Assembly: GCA_028864975.1 (NCBI GenBank)
Contig: JAGWLG010000008.1
Coordinates: 32,001 to 96,000, forward strand
DNA length: 64,000 nt
Reading direction: 5' to 3'
Origin: Thermoplasmata archaeon
Lineage (GTDB): Archaea; Thermoplasmatota; Thermoplasmata; Lutacidiplasmatales; UBA184
In this document: positions 8,605 to 16,955 of the stretch, piece after piece
How positions within the stretch are numbered: position 1 is the stretch's first letter
How the letters are laid out: each line of letters begins with the position of its first letter
Translations under genes and position numbers: made by a program
The notes under the pieces: model-generated
Told to the model about the DNA's origin: nothing
Databases searched by the model: none
What the model saw: the letters and a program-made list of their open reading frames with translations, nothing else

Positions 8605-9864
8605 TCACGCGACCCGAACCGTTCCCACGAACTGAGGGGCGATGCCGTGCTCGAACATCTCGTGGACGACCACCGACAGGTTGTAGCAGATCAGCTTCGC
8701 CAAGACCTCGTTCGCCTGGGCGACCGGCGTCCTCGACCGGATGTTCTCCCCGAACTTGCGCTTGAGGGCCGAGAAGACCGATTCGACGTTGGACCTGACG
8801 TGGTAGCTCGCGTCGAAGGCGTCCCGGCACGCCTGGAAGAGGTGGAAGGCTTTCTTCCACGCGGGGGAGCCCCCCGCGTCGGGGATCGAGTTCGACTTGA
8901 ACGGGATGAGGGCGTGGAGCCCCAGGTCCTCGGCGAGTTGGTAGTTGTCGCGGGAGAGGTATCCCTTGTCGGCGGGGACCGTCGCGGGCCTGAACCCGGC
9001 TTCGAGCGCCCCACGCACGAGCGGGGCGAACTGGGGGCAGTCCGCCGAGTTCGCGTCGCCGACCACAGCGCCAATCACGATGTGGGTCTTGGTCCCGACG
9101 ATGGCGTGGACCTTGAGCCAATGCTTCGTCCGCTTCTCGCCGTGCTTCTCCTCGCGCCAGCCGCCGAACGAGGTCGTCTGGACGCCGGTGGAGTCGGGGG
9201 AGATTGCCCCGCCGTCCTCAAGGCCGGCCAAGGGGAGGGCGCTCTGCGTCAGGAGGTGGTAGAGGACCGCCGTTGCCTCGGGGCGGTTCAGGCAGTTCGA
9301 GGAGACGGCGTAGCTCGGGGCTCGGGTGAGGAGCCCCCGGTCCGCGACATTCAGGTGGACACCGTGGGCACGGCGGGCCGAGAGCCCCGAGTATACCTTC
9401 AGAACCGCGCAGTAAAGATCGTCCTTGAAGGGGGTCGGGGCCGGTCCCGGCATCCCGACCGGGCGGGGCATGTCGGGGACGCCACTCACCAGGTCGCGGA
9501 GGAGCGAGTCCACGAGGCGCATCTCCTCGGTCTGGCCTTGGGTGTAGCTCTGGTGCTGGGCGTACTGCTTGCGAGGCTTCTTGGTCGGGAGTTCGAGGCT
9601 CTGGCCGGACTCCCGGAGCCGAAGCTCCCACGCGGCCAGGATGTGCTTGCAGGGAAGGGTCCTCTTGGAGAAGTCGGGGCACGAGCACCGACCCTCGGCG
9701 ACTCCGAGGAGTTCGACGCGGTAGCGCCCGAAACCACTCTGGGAGGGGACGCTCCACTCGCTGTCGCCCAGCCGCTCGACCTGCTCCGGGTGGAGGGCGA
9801 TTTCCCTCGCTCGGGCCATTCTCTCGGTCGTTCCTGTCAGGTCGATGGTCGCCATCTTTCGCAC
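8605..9864 (-). CDS. SWIM zinc finger + DDE_Tnp_1 (IS4/IS5-like) transposase
   Basis: CSCPDF...CKH (SWIM), DSTG, ADKGY and YHVRSNVESVFSALK (YREK signature). Confidence 0.9.
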   Translation of the reverse strand: MRKMATIDLTGTTERMARAREIALHPEQVERLGDSEWSVPSQSGFGRYRVELLGVAEGRCSCPDFSKRTLPCKHILAAWELRLRESGQSLELPTKKPRKQYAQHQSYTQGQTEEMRLVDSLLRDLVSGVPDMPRPVGMPGPAPTPFKDDLYCAVLKVYSGLSARRAHGVHLNVADRGLLTRAPSYAVSSNCLNRPEATAVLYHLLTQSALPLAGLEDGGAISPDSTGVQTTSFGGWREEKHGEKRTKHWLKVHAIVGTKTHIVIGAVVGDANSADCPQFAPLVRGALEAGFRPATVPADKGYLSRDNYQLAEDLGLHALIPFKSNSIPDAGGSPAWKKAFHLFQACRDAFDASYHVRSNVESVFSALKRKFGENIRSRTPVAQANEVLAKLICYNLSVVVHEMFEHGIAPQFVGTVRVA

Positions 9865-9871
9865 GTCCTTG

Positions 9872-9957
9872 CTACCTATATGGCGACCTACGCATATAAG
9901 GTATAGGTAGCTAGGTAGGCGCGATAGACTATAAATAGGCTAGCGCCTATTAATAGG
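9872..9957. promoter_or_regulatory. Divergent AT-rich promoter/operator between transposase and AbrB gene
   Basis: Inverted repeat CTACCTATA (9872-9880) / TATAGGTAG (9902-9910), palindrome CCTATTAATAGG (9946-9957) and several TATA boxes. Confidence 0.7.
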
Positions 9958-9959
9958 TA

Positions 9960-10169
9960 GTGAGGTCGTCGGTGGAGACAACGAAGGTGGTGATTGCCCA
10001 AGCCAAGAGCAAGTCACTCCGCACGACTATCCCGGCCGGGATTGCCCGCCAGTTCAAGATCACGGCGGAGTCGGAACTCGGATGGGAGATTGAGGCGCGA
10101 GACAACGCCCTGGTGATTGTCGTCCGTCCGGTTTCGCCGCCCGCCAGACCGAACGAGGGAAAAGCCTGA
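9960..10169 (+). CDS. AbrB/MazE/SpoVT-type DNA-binding protein
   Basis: SLRTTIPAGIARQFKITAESELGWEI is a swapped-hairpin motif. Confidence 0.8.
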   Translation: MRSSVETTKVVIAQAKSKSLRTTIPAGIARQFKITAESELGWEIEARDNALVIVVRPVSPPARPNEGKA

Positions 10170-10445
10170 AGCGATTAGTAACCCGGGAGGACAGTTTGGC
10201 GGAGGAAGTTGTTGGGCACCTAGCACGTCGCTCGGCTCACACCCTCGACTTCAAATCCGCGTTCTTGAGTCGCCGCCTTCGTGTCTGGCTGGCGCTCCGC
10301 GGTCTTGGACGAATGGGGTGAGGATGGTTTGGCTCTCGCTCGTGCCCTCAAACAAACTGCCAAGCGCAAAGCATCCTGCATCTCAGATTTCGTCTCGACC
10401 ATCGAAGACCCGGGCACAATTCGCCCAGGGGGACGAACTAGTGAC

Positions 10446-12140
10446 ATGCCAAGATCATCCGGAAGCCTTCCGACGACCGCGTTGGACTCGGTCAAGACCC
10501 TGCTTGCGGGCACAACTCCTGAAGGGTCGGATCTGCGGCGGTTCGCGTTGAACACGGGACGGTTCTACACGCACGAATTCATCGGTCGGAGATTGGCGAA
10601 GGGAATCAGCAAGGCGCTGGGCGCACGGCTGAAAGGCCCTGTTTCGATTGTCGATCCGTTCTGTGGTGACGGAAGGCTCGTTGCCTGGTTTCTGGAGGAG
10701 ATTGGCACGAAGCCGATGGCTCGCGGGACGTCTCTCTCAGTCGACCTGTGGGATTGTGACGGGGCAGCTCTAAGGCAGGCTGCGAGGAGAGTCCAAGCGC
10801 TTTCCGACGACATGGGTTCAGTCATCGTGAACAGCCACCACTGGGATTCGTTCGACGGTGCTAGGCTACAATGGGGCCGGTTCGATTTTGTCCTGACAAA
10901 TCCTCCGTGGGAACTTCTAAAGCCGGATCCCCGCCAGATGCGCGGAATGCCCAAGGACGAGGCACTGCGGTTCTCGAAGAGCCTTAGGGAGGAAGACCGT
11001 AGGCTAACCGGCCTCTATCCCGCATCAGCTCCAAGAATCAGATACGCCGGGTGGGGGCTGAATCTCTCCCGATGCGGAACGGAAGCCGCCGTATCGCTCC
11101 TCAAGCCGGGGGGCCTGGGTGGAATCGTGGTTCCTGCGTCGCTGTTCGCTGACAACTCCAGCGGCGGTGTTCGCGAGTTGCTGACGACGAAGTTCGACCT
11201 CCTGTCTATGGACTATTTTCCATCTGAGGCTCATCTATTCCCAGGGACTGACCAACCTGCGGTGTCCGCCCTCGTTCGTCGTTCTGAGCCCAACGGTGTG
11301 TCGCTCGACCTCACCGTGTTCGATCGCGGGCTTGAAATTCGCAGCAATGGGCAGCTCAAGATTTCGAGGGAGGAGCTAGAACGGACTGATTTCGTGATTC
11401 CCGGACAGCTGCCAGCAAAGAGCTATTCCATACTGAGGAAGTTGAACCGACTGGGTGCGTTCGCCGAACTAGAAGGCGCCTCTCCTGCCGACCTCGTTGC
11501 CGGAAGAGAACTAGACGAGACGAGAATCGATGAGCGGCTCTCAAGCCGCGGCACTCATCGATTCGTCAAAGGCCGTATGGTCACCCGATTTCAGTCCGAC
11601 CTTCGCTCGGCCCGTTTCCTCCTTCCGAGCGTTGAGGTCCCTCCGTCCGCGGCTCACTGGAGAATCGCCTGGAGGGATGTCTCTCGGACGACTCAGGCGC
11701 GGCGTGTCAAGGCGACACTCCTCCCGCCAGGCGTCGTCACGGGGAACTCTCTCTCAATCGCTTACTTTCGCGACGACCACATGGCCCGGCTGAAGACACT
11801 TCTAGTGATCATGAACTCGGCAGTATTCGAATTTCAAATGCGACTGTGGCTCGCGACCCCTCACATCTCCCTCGGTGGGGTGCGAAGGGGACGGCTGCCG
11901 GCAAGCTGGAGTCCTAAGCAGCTCGCCGGAATGGCCCGCGTTTGTGACGGATGCTTAGCCGGGGAGCCCTCCTCCCTGATTGAGGCGGAGGTACGAGTTG
12001 CCCAGGCATACGGACTAGACCGTCGAGAGTTCGGGGCCATTCTCGACGAGTTCGGGAGGCTCTCAACTCATGAGAAATGCCATCTACTCGATTCCGCCTG
12101 TTGGGAACGGGTTCCCGGCTGGCTGGAGAGGTCCCCGTAG
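10446..12140 (+). CDS. N6-adenine DNA methyltransferase (Alw26I/Eco31I/Esp3I-type, gamma class)
   Basis: GRFYT, IVDPFCGDG (motif I), NPPW (motif IV) and a C-terminal TRD-like region. Confidence 0.85.
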   Translation: MPRSSGSLPTTALDSVKTLLAGTTPEGSDLRRFALNTGRFYTHEFIGRRLAKGISKALGARLKGPVSIVDPFCGDGRLVAWFLEEIGTKPMARGTSLSVDLWDCDGAALRQAARRVQALSDDMGSVIVNSHHWDSFDGARLQWGRFDFVLTNPPWELLKPDPRQMRGMPKDEALRFSKSLREEDRRLTGLYPASAPRIRYAGWGLNLSRCGTEAAVSLLKPGGLGGIVVPASLFADNSSGGVRELLTTKFDLLSMDYFPSEAHLFPGTDQPAVSALVRRSEPNGVSLDLTVFDRGLEIRSNGQLKISREELERTDFVIPGQLPAKSYSILRKLNRLGAFAELEGASPADLVAGRELDETRIDERLSSRGTHRFVKGRMVTRFQSDLRSARFLLPSVEVPPSAAHWRIAWRDVSRTTQARRVKATLLPPGVVTGNSLSIAYFRDDHMARLKTLLVIMNSAVFEFQMRLWLATPHISLGGVRRGRLPASWSPKQLAGMARVCDGCLAGEPSSLIEAEVRVAQAYGLDRREFGAILDEFGRLSTHEKCHLLDSACWERVPGWLERSP

Positions 12141-12143
12141 ACA

Positions 12144-13337
12144 ATGGCCGGAGACATCACAAGGTCGGCGGGATCTGGGACGCCTGCTACGATACCAAAC
12201 CACTACTCCCCACGGCTAAGTGAACTGGACCTCCGCATGGTCAAGGCCATCCCTCCGGGGGGGAACTGGAAGTCGATTCCACTGGACATTCCGTCGAGAC
12301 GCCTCTCTCAGATACGGCGGACCTTTCTGTCGGGAAATGGCAGCAGGTCCACGTACTATGGTCGGCTTGACCCGGACATGCCGGCGTTCACAATCAGCAC
12401 CTGCATCAACAGACCCGGCAACGGTTGCTACATTCACTATGACTGGGAGGGGGGACAACACCGCCTAATTTCCCAGCGGGAGGCTGCCAGGCTTCAAAGC
12501 TTTCCGGATTGGTTCGCTTTCCAGGGCACTCGAGCCTCCGTCAATCGTCAGATTGGAAATGCCGTCCCACCCCTTCTTGCGCACCACGTAGCGCGGAAAT
12601 TGGGACGCCCGGGTGTCTTCGTCGACCTGTTCTGCGGCGCGGGTGGGCTTTCCCTCGGGTTCAAGATGGCTGGATGGACCCCACTGATTGCAGTGGACCT
12701 CGACCCGAGTGCAGTCGCCACATATGGTCAGAACGTCCACGAGTCCGTGGTCGCGGGCTCGATAGAGGACGATGCGGTTTTTGAGGCGCTGCTCGAGAAA
12801 GTTGGCGAGCTTCGGCCGTCCGACCAACCCATGTTTGTAGTGGGGGGGCCGCCGTGTCAGGGATTTTCGACCGCGGGTAATCGGCGCTCAACCGCCGATC
12901 CGAGAAACTCTCTGTTCCGCCGCTTTAGCATGTTTATCGAAGAGGCACGACCCGACGGTTTCGTTTTCGAGAACGTGCCTGGGATTCTGAGCATGGACCG
13001 CGGCCGGTTCTTCGGTGTTATCCTTCACGAACTGTCAAAGCACGTCGCCGGAGTCAGTCACTGGCAGCTTGCAGCCGTTGAATTCGGAGTTCCGCAGCGC
13101 AGGCGCCGTGTATTCGTGGTCGGGCGACGGAACCAATCCGGGAAGCTCAGCCCCCCGGCCCGCGTGACTCGCCTCCCAGACGGCCAATCCTCTTTGGATG
13201 GTGTCGCAAGAGCCATCTCGGTAAGAGAGGCCCTGAGCGATCTGCCGCCGCTAGTTGCGGGTGAAGATGGAAGCCATCTCGACTACGTTCACGCTCCAGA
13301 AGGTGCTTACCAAGAACTCATGAGGAGAGGGCGTTAG
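12144..13337 (+). CDS. Circularly permuted C5-cytosine DNA methyltransferase
   Basis: Motifs IX-X (REAARLQSFP, QIGNAVPP) precede motif I (DLFCGAGG), IV (GPPCQGFS), VI (ENV) and VIII (QRRRR). Confidence 0.9.
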   Translation: MAGDITRSAGSGTPATIPNHYSPRLSELDLRMVKAIPPGGNWKSIPLDIPSRRLSQIRRTFLSGNGSRSTYYGRLDPDMPAFTISTCINRPGNGCYIHYDWEGGQHRLISQREAARLQSFPDWFAFQGTRASVNRQIGNAVPPLLAHHVARKLGRPGVFVDLFCGAGGLSLGFKMAGWTPLIAVDLDPSAVATYGQNVHESVVAGSIEDDAVFEALLEKVGELRPSDQPMFVVGGPPCQGFSTAGNRRSTADPRNSLFRRFSMFIEEARPDGFVFENVPGILSMDRGRFFGVILHELSKHVAGVSHWQLAAVEFGVPQRRRRVFVVGRRNQSGKLSPPARVTRLPDGQSSLDGVARAISVREALSDLPPLVAGEDGSHLDYVHAPEGAYQELMRRGR

Positions 13338-13369
13338 TCCTTCGAACGCCTGGGGGAACCCGGGAGACG

Positions 13370-14668
13370 ATGACGGCACTCCAAACTGGCAATCCGACCC
13401 TCTACGCACTTGCTCTCGACCGACTCGCAAGGCACAAGAGCCAGATTGGCCGAGAATTCAAGGGACGATTCATCCAAATCTTCCTCGCTCTCAAATTCTT
13501 TCAGAACAGTATCCCGAGCATGTTTTCCGGTAAGTTCGTCTCAACTGAGTCTCTTCAAACCCTCCTCGACAACCTCTACGCTAGGCACTCTCGGCCTCCA
13601 GGCGAGTGCGTACTGATGGTGTTTGAAGGCACCTACCTCGCCCGAACTGGTGTGGTTGGTACATCGAACACTGTGGCTCAGAACACTTGGCGGAACAACT
13701 TCAACTTACAGAAGGGGGTTGGGTGCTATGCATCTCGCCAAGAACTTTCAAGTCCCACATTCCTCGCCCAGCCGCGTCATGACTGTACCCACCTCGTTCC
13801 AGCTGTCGCGGGGAGCTTGAATGGGGCCAAGTGCGCCCTCTCTCCCAGAGGAGCGGCTTATCGGAGTGAGGAGCACGCCAAGTGGTTGAGAATTGACCAC
13901 GGGGGAAATGGATATGCCGTCGCCGACCTGATGAACGTGGATAACTTCAAGGGAGTCCTCGCCCCTGGAGGCCGACGGCTGCCCGTTGACCCCCTGATTG
14001 TGGCGCTCTACCACGACGCCCTCCCGAGCAGGTCCGCGATCCGCCCCCAAGGCGTCGAAGTCAGCGATTTCAAGGCGGATTTTTCCCTCTCCCCCTCAGA
14101 ATTCTCTGCATACTTCGACGACAGCGCGTCCAATCCGGATAACGGTGCGATTCGATCCGCGTCGGGAGCGGCTCCTGTGCCCTTGGCTGGCGCCGCGACT
14201 CCAACACCGCTAGCGGCTCCCACTCCCCCTACACGTCGACCGTCAAGGGTGGCTGATTTGTCGGGCACACCCGTAGCCCCCCCGAGCGTGAACTCTGGCT
14301 GGTCTGCGGAGGAATTTGTGAGGCAGGCGTTGATTAATCTCGGGTGGGCGACCGTTAACGTTTCCAGACAGCAGCTAGGATACGACTTGCTAGGCCAGCG
14401 TGGGAAAGCGACACGCTTCTTCGAGGTCAAGAGTTCCCTAGGGTACTGTTCTCCTCGCCTCACCGAAAGAGAGTGGGAGCAGGCGACTCAGCTGGGGAGT
14501 GACTACATTCTCGCCATCATCGAGAACTTCAACCCAGATGGGACGAACGAGATTTTCTGGGTGCCCAATCCCGCCGGGACCTGTGCCGCGACCGCGTCGT
14601 TGACCACCCAGTTCGGCATTGCTCGGCATGTGTGGCAAGCCGCTGCCGTCGACTCAATCGGCCTGTAG
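13370..14668 (+). CDS. Putative restriction endonuclease with C-terminal DUF3883 (PD-(D/E)xK) domain
   Basis: AEEFV...GYDL...FEVKSS...LTEREW. Lies directly after the MTase pair. Confidence 0.75.
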   Translation: MTALQTGNPTLYALALDRLARHKSQIGREFKGRFIQIFLALKFFQNSIPSMFSGKFVSTESLQTLLDNLYARHSRPPGECVLMVFEGTYLARTGVVGTSNTVAQNTWRNNFNLQKGVGCYASRQELSSPTFLAQPRHDCTHLVPAVAGSLNGAKCALSPRGAAYRSEEHAKWLRIDHGGNGYAVADLMNVDNFKGVLAPGGRRLPVDPLIVALYHDALPSRSAIRPQGVEVSDFKADFSLSPSEFSAYFDDSASNPDNGAIRSASGAAPVPLAGAATPTPLAAPTPPTRRPSRVADLSGTPVAPPSVNSGWSAEEFVRQALINLGWATVNVSRQQLGYDLLGQRGKATRFFEVKSSLGYCSPRLTEREWEQATQLGSDYILAIIENFNPDGTNEIFWVPNPAGTCAATASLTTQFGIARHVWQAAAVDSIGL

Positions 14669-14738
14669 AATTGGCTCTCTTCGAGAAGCGTTCTCACGCC
14701 CATCGATCCGTTCTCAGAAAGGCCCCGGGGGGCTATCC

Positions 14739-14759
14739 GTTTTCAAAGCCGGACGGGGA
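14739..14759. repeat. Right terminal inverted repeat and TSD
   Basis: GTTTTCAAAGCC followed by GGACGGGGA. Confidence 0.9.
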
Positions 14760-14797
14760 CCACACATTTTATACTACCCCTCCGCTCTCCGCCGAGC

Positions 14798-15475
14798 ATG
14801 GCCAAGCGCGCCGGCAAGGAAGCTGCACCTCTCGTGGACACGACGACCCTCTACGTTGACCTCGGTCCGGACAACACGGCGAGGCTCAACGACGTCCTCC
14901 TCGACCTCAAGGAGAAGGAGAAGGACGAGAAGAAGCGCGCGAAGCTCACCCCGGAACGGCACATCAAGGACGTGCTCATCGTCACCGCGACGCAGTACTT
15001 CGCCGTCTACCGGAAGCTCCTCCGGGAAGGGAAGGTCCCCGCGCAGACGCAGCGGTTCACCGGAGAGGTGCTGAAGTGGATGCCGCGGAAGGAATACGCG
15101 CCGCTCAACTACGAGCCCATCCCACCGGAGGGGGTGCACCGCGTCGGCTTGTCGGTCGATGTGGGTCCCAAGCTCCTGAAACAACTGGGCTGGGCCGCGG
15201 GGCTGATGAACACCGCGAACCGGCTCACGAACACCGGCAACACCTGGAAGACGTTCGACTCCTGGCTCCTTGACCTCGTGCTCGACGACCTCGACGTCCG
15301 GGACAGCGCCCTGAACGCGGAGGACCTCAAGGAAGAGGACGAGGAGGTCGAGACGCAATCGACCCTCGGCGACGAAGAGGAAGCGGGAGAGGAAGAGGAG
15401 GCGGCTGACGGGGAAGAGACCCCGGCGCCTCCCTCTTCACCCGCCGCCCCGGCCTCGGCTGGAGGGAAGGCCTGA
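14798..15475 (+). CDS. Hypothetical protein with acidic tail
   Basis: TTTTATA box ~30 nt upstream and strong codon bias. Confidence 0.7.
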   Translation: MAKRAGKEAAPLVDTTTLYVDLGPDNTARLNDVLLDLKEKEKDEKKRAKLTPERHIKDVLIVTATQYFAVYRKLLREGKVPAQTQRFTGEVLKWMPRKEYAPLNYEPIPPEGVHRVGLSVDVGPKLLKQLGWAAGLMNTANRLTNTGNTWKTFDSWLLDLVLDDLDVRDSALNAEDLKEEDEEVETQSTLGDEEEAGEEEEAADGEETPAPPSSPAAPASAGGKA

Positions 15476-15476
15476 G

Positions 15477-15857
15477 ATGCTGCTCGGTCGCTTGGGCGGT
15501 CAGGGTCAACCCGGAGGGGGCGCGGGTCTCCTAGGAGGCCTGCGCGGTGGTGGCGGCGGCGCCGGCGGCGTCATGGTGACCCTCTCGTTCAAGGTCGTCT
15601 GGAAGAACGCGGACCCGACTAAGGTCATCCCCGTCCAGGAAGCCCAGGTCACCATCTTCGGGCCGCTCGGCATGCGACCGGTCGCCGTGGGCCCGGCCTG
15701 GGACAACCAGAACGGCAAGCTCTCCGTGCATCAGTTCCAGGTCGGACGACTTCCTCACCCGTACATGGTGACCATCCCGGGGATGGACCAACCGGTCCGC
15801 GGCCAGTGCAACTCGGGCCGGGACGAGGTCGTCACCATCCAAGTCCAGCAGGGCTGA
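15477..15857 (+). CDS. Gly-rich N-terminus plus small beta-sandwich protein
   Basis: Coupled to the preceding ORF; alternating beta-strand pattern. Confidence 0.6.
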   Translation: MLLGRLGGQGQPGGGAGLLGGLRGGGGGAGGVMVTLSFKVVWKNADPTKVIPVQEAQVTIFGPLGMRPVAVGPAWDNQNGKLSVHQFQVGRLPHPYMVTIPGMDQPVRGQCNSGRDEVVTIQVQQG

Positions 15858-15860
15858 ACT

Positions 15861-15891
15861 CCGGGGGACCTGCCTAACGCAGGCCCCCCGG
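15861..15891. terminator. GC-rich hairpin between convergent genes
   Basis: CCGGGGG..CCTGC/GCAGG..CCCCCGG stem. Confidence 0.5.
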
Positions 15892-15900
15892 TCCGCTGTC

Positions 15901-16851
15901 TCACGCCAACTGGAGCGTGAAGGCGATGGTCCCGTCGCCGACCTTGGGCACCGTGGTTCCGGGTGTCACCGACCAGGTCACACCGGCTGCGCCGTTCTGG
16001 AAGCTCTGGCCTTGGAGTTGAGCCGGCGGCGCCGGACTGAAGGGTGGCAGGAACACGGTGGCCTGCAACTCCAGGTAGTGCGTGGCGTCTGCGGTGAACG
16101 TCGAGGCCTCCGTGAGGGAGTCCCCGTTCGCGGCGACCGCGGTCCCCGAGGCCGTGTAGGTCGCCGTGGAGTTCGAGGCGACCATCACCAACTGGTCGAG
16201 GATGGTCTGCCCGACGGTGTAGACCCCCAGGTCCTGCGCCTGGAACGCCTCGATGCTGGAGGCCTCCCCACCGGTCAAGGCGACCGTGGAAGGGACCTGG
16301 GTCAGCCGTACGACTCCGCCAGCGAGACGGGTCCCGACGCCGGCGCTCTGGGCGCTCCCGGTTGACCCGGTTGTGGTCTTCGCCTCCGGCCGGAAGCCGT
16401 GGATGCGGAAGGTCATCCCGGTGTTCGGCAGCAGAGCCGCCGGCACCGTCGTCCCCGCGCCACCGGCGAGGATGGCGACTGGGGTCGTGGAGCCCTTCGG
16501 CTGGTAGAGGATGTTCAGCCCCTGCGACGGGTTCGAGTAGTCGAGGGTGACGATGTCCTGGGGTTCGAGACCGACCTCGATGAGGAGGGTGACCGCACCA
16601 CCCCTGACCCCGGCCGCGGTGACGCTCGCCACCAGCACTGTCGGGAGGATGGGCTTGAAGGTCGTCTTCTGGTTGGGGTTCACCGGCACGGCGCCGAGCC
16701 CGTTCTTGAAGAGCGACGGGTCCGTTGCCGTGATGGCCTCGAACATATCGTCGGTGATGGAGAAACCACCGGCGAAGACCGAGGCGGAAGGGTTCGTCAC
16801 GTAGGCGGCCGGCGCAGCGGCGAGCGCTGTGGCGAGGGGAGGCAGAACCAT
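15901..16851 (-). CDS. Beta-rich Ala/Thr/Gly protein, putative virion structural protein
   Basis: Low-charge composition typical of virion proteins; divergent promoter upstream. Confidence 0.6.
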   Translation of the reverse strand: MVLPPLATALAAAPAAYVTNPSASVFAGGFSITDDMFEAITATDPSLFKNGLGAVPVNPNQKTTFKPILPTVLVASVTAAGVRGGAVTLLIEVGLEPQDIVTLDYSNPSQGLNILYQPKGSTTPVAILAGGAGTTVPAALLPNTGMTFRIHGFRPEAKTTTGSTGSAQSAGVGTRLAGGVVRLTQVPSTVALTGGEASSIEAFQAQDLGVYTVGQTILDQLVMVASNSTATYTASGTAVAANGDSLTEASTFTADATHYLELQATVFLPPFSPAPPAQLQGQSFQNGAAGVTWSVTPGTTVPKVGDGTIAFTLQLA

Positions 16852-16871
16852 GCCCGGGGGACCGGTAACGG

Positions 16872-16925
16872 GCTACTTATTCCTGGCCGTCAATTTCGTG
16901 AAAGTGTCGATAACCCGCTTATAGC
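16872..16925. promoter_or_regulatory. Divergent promoter with GTGAAAGTGTCGA motif
   Basis: CTTAT boxes at ~16876 and ~16918. The 13 bp motif at 16898-16910 is identical (reverse complement) to 29475-29487. Confidence 0.55.
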
Positions 16926-16955
16926 TGGAACCACTCGTTCCCGGCGGGGACGGCT

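Larger units (their letters stand above)
8566..14750. mobile_element. 6185 bp DDE transposon carrying an AbrB gene and an RM system
   Basis: TIR GGCTTTGAAAAC (8566-8577) and GTTTTCAAAGCC (14739-14750). Flanking 9 bp direct repeat GGACGGGGA at 8557-8565 and 14751-14759. Confidence 0.9.

Noticed and set aside
14718-14732. AAAGGCCCC..GGGG similarity to 41504-41518 suggesting a second transposon end
   Set aside because: Short low-complexity match with no TIR or TSD at the second site.
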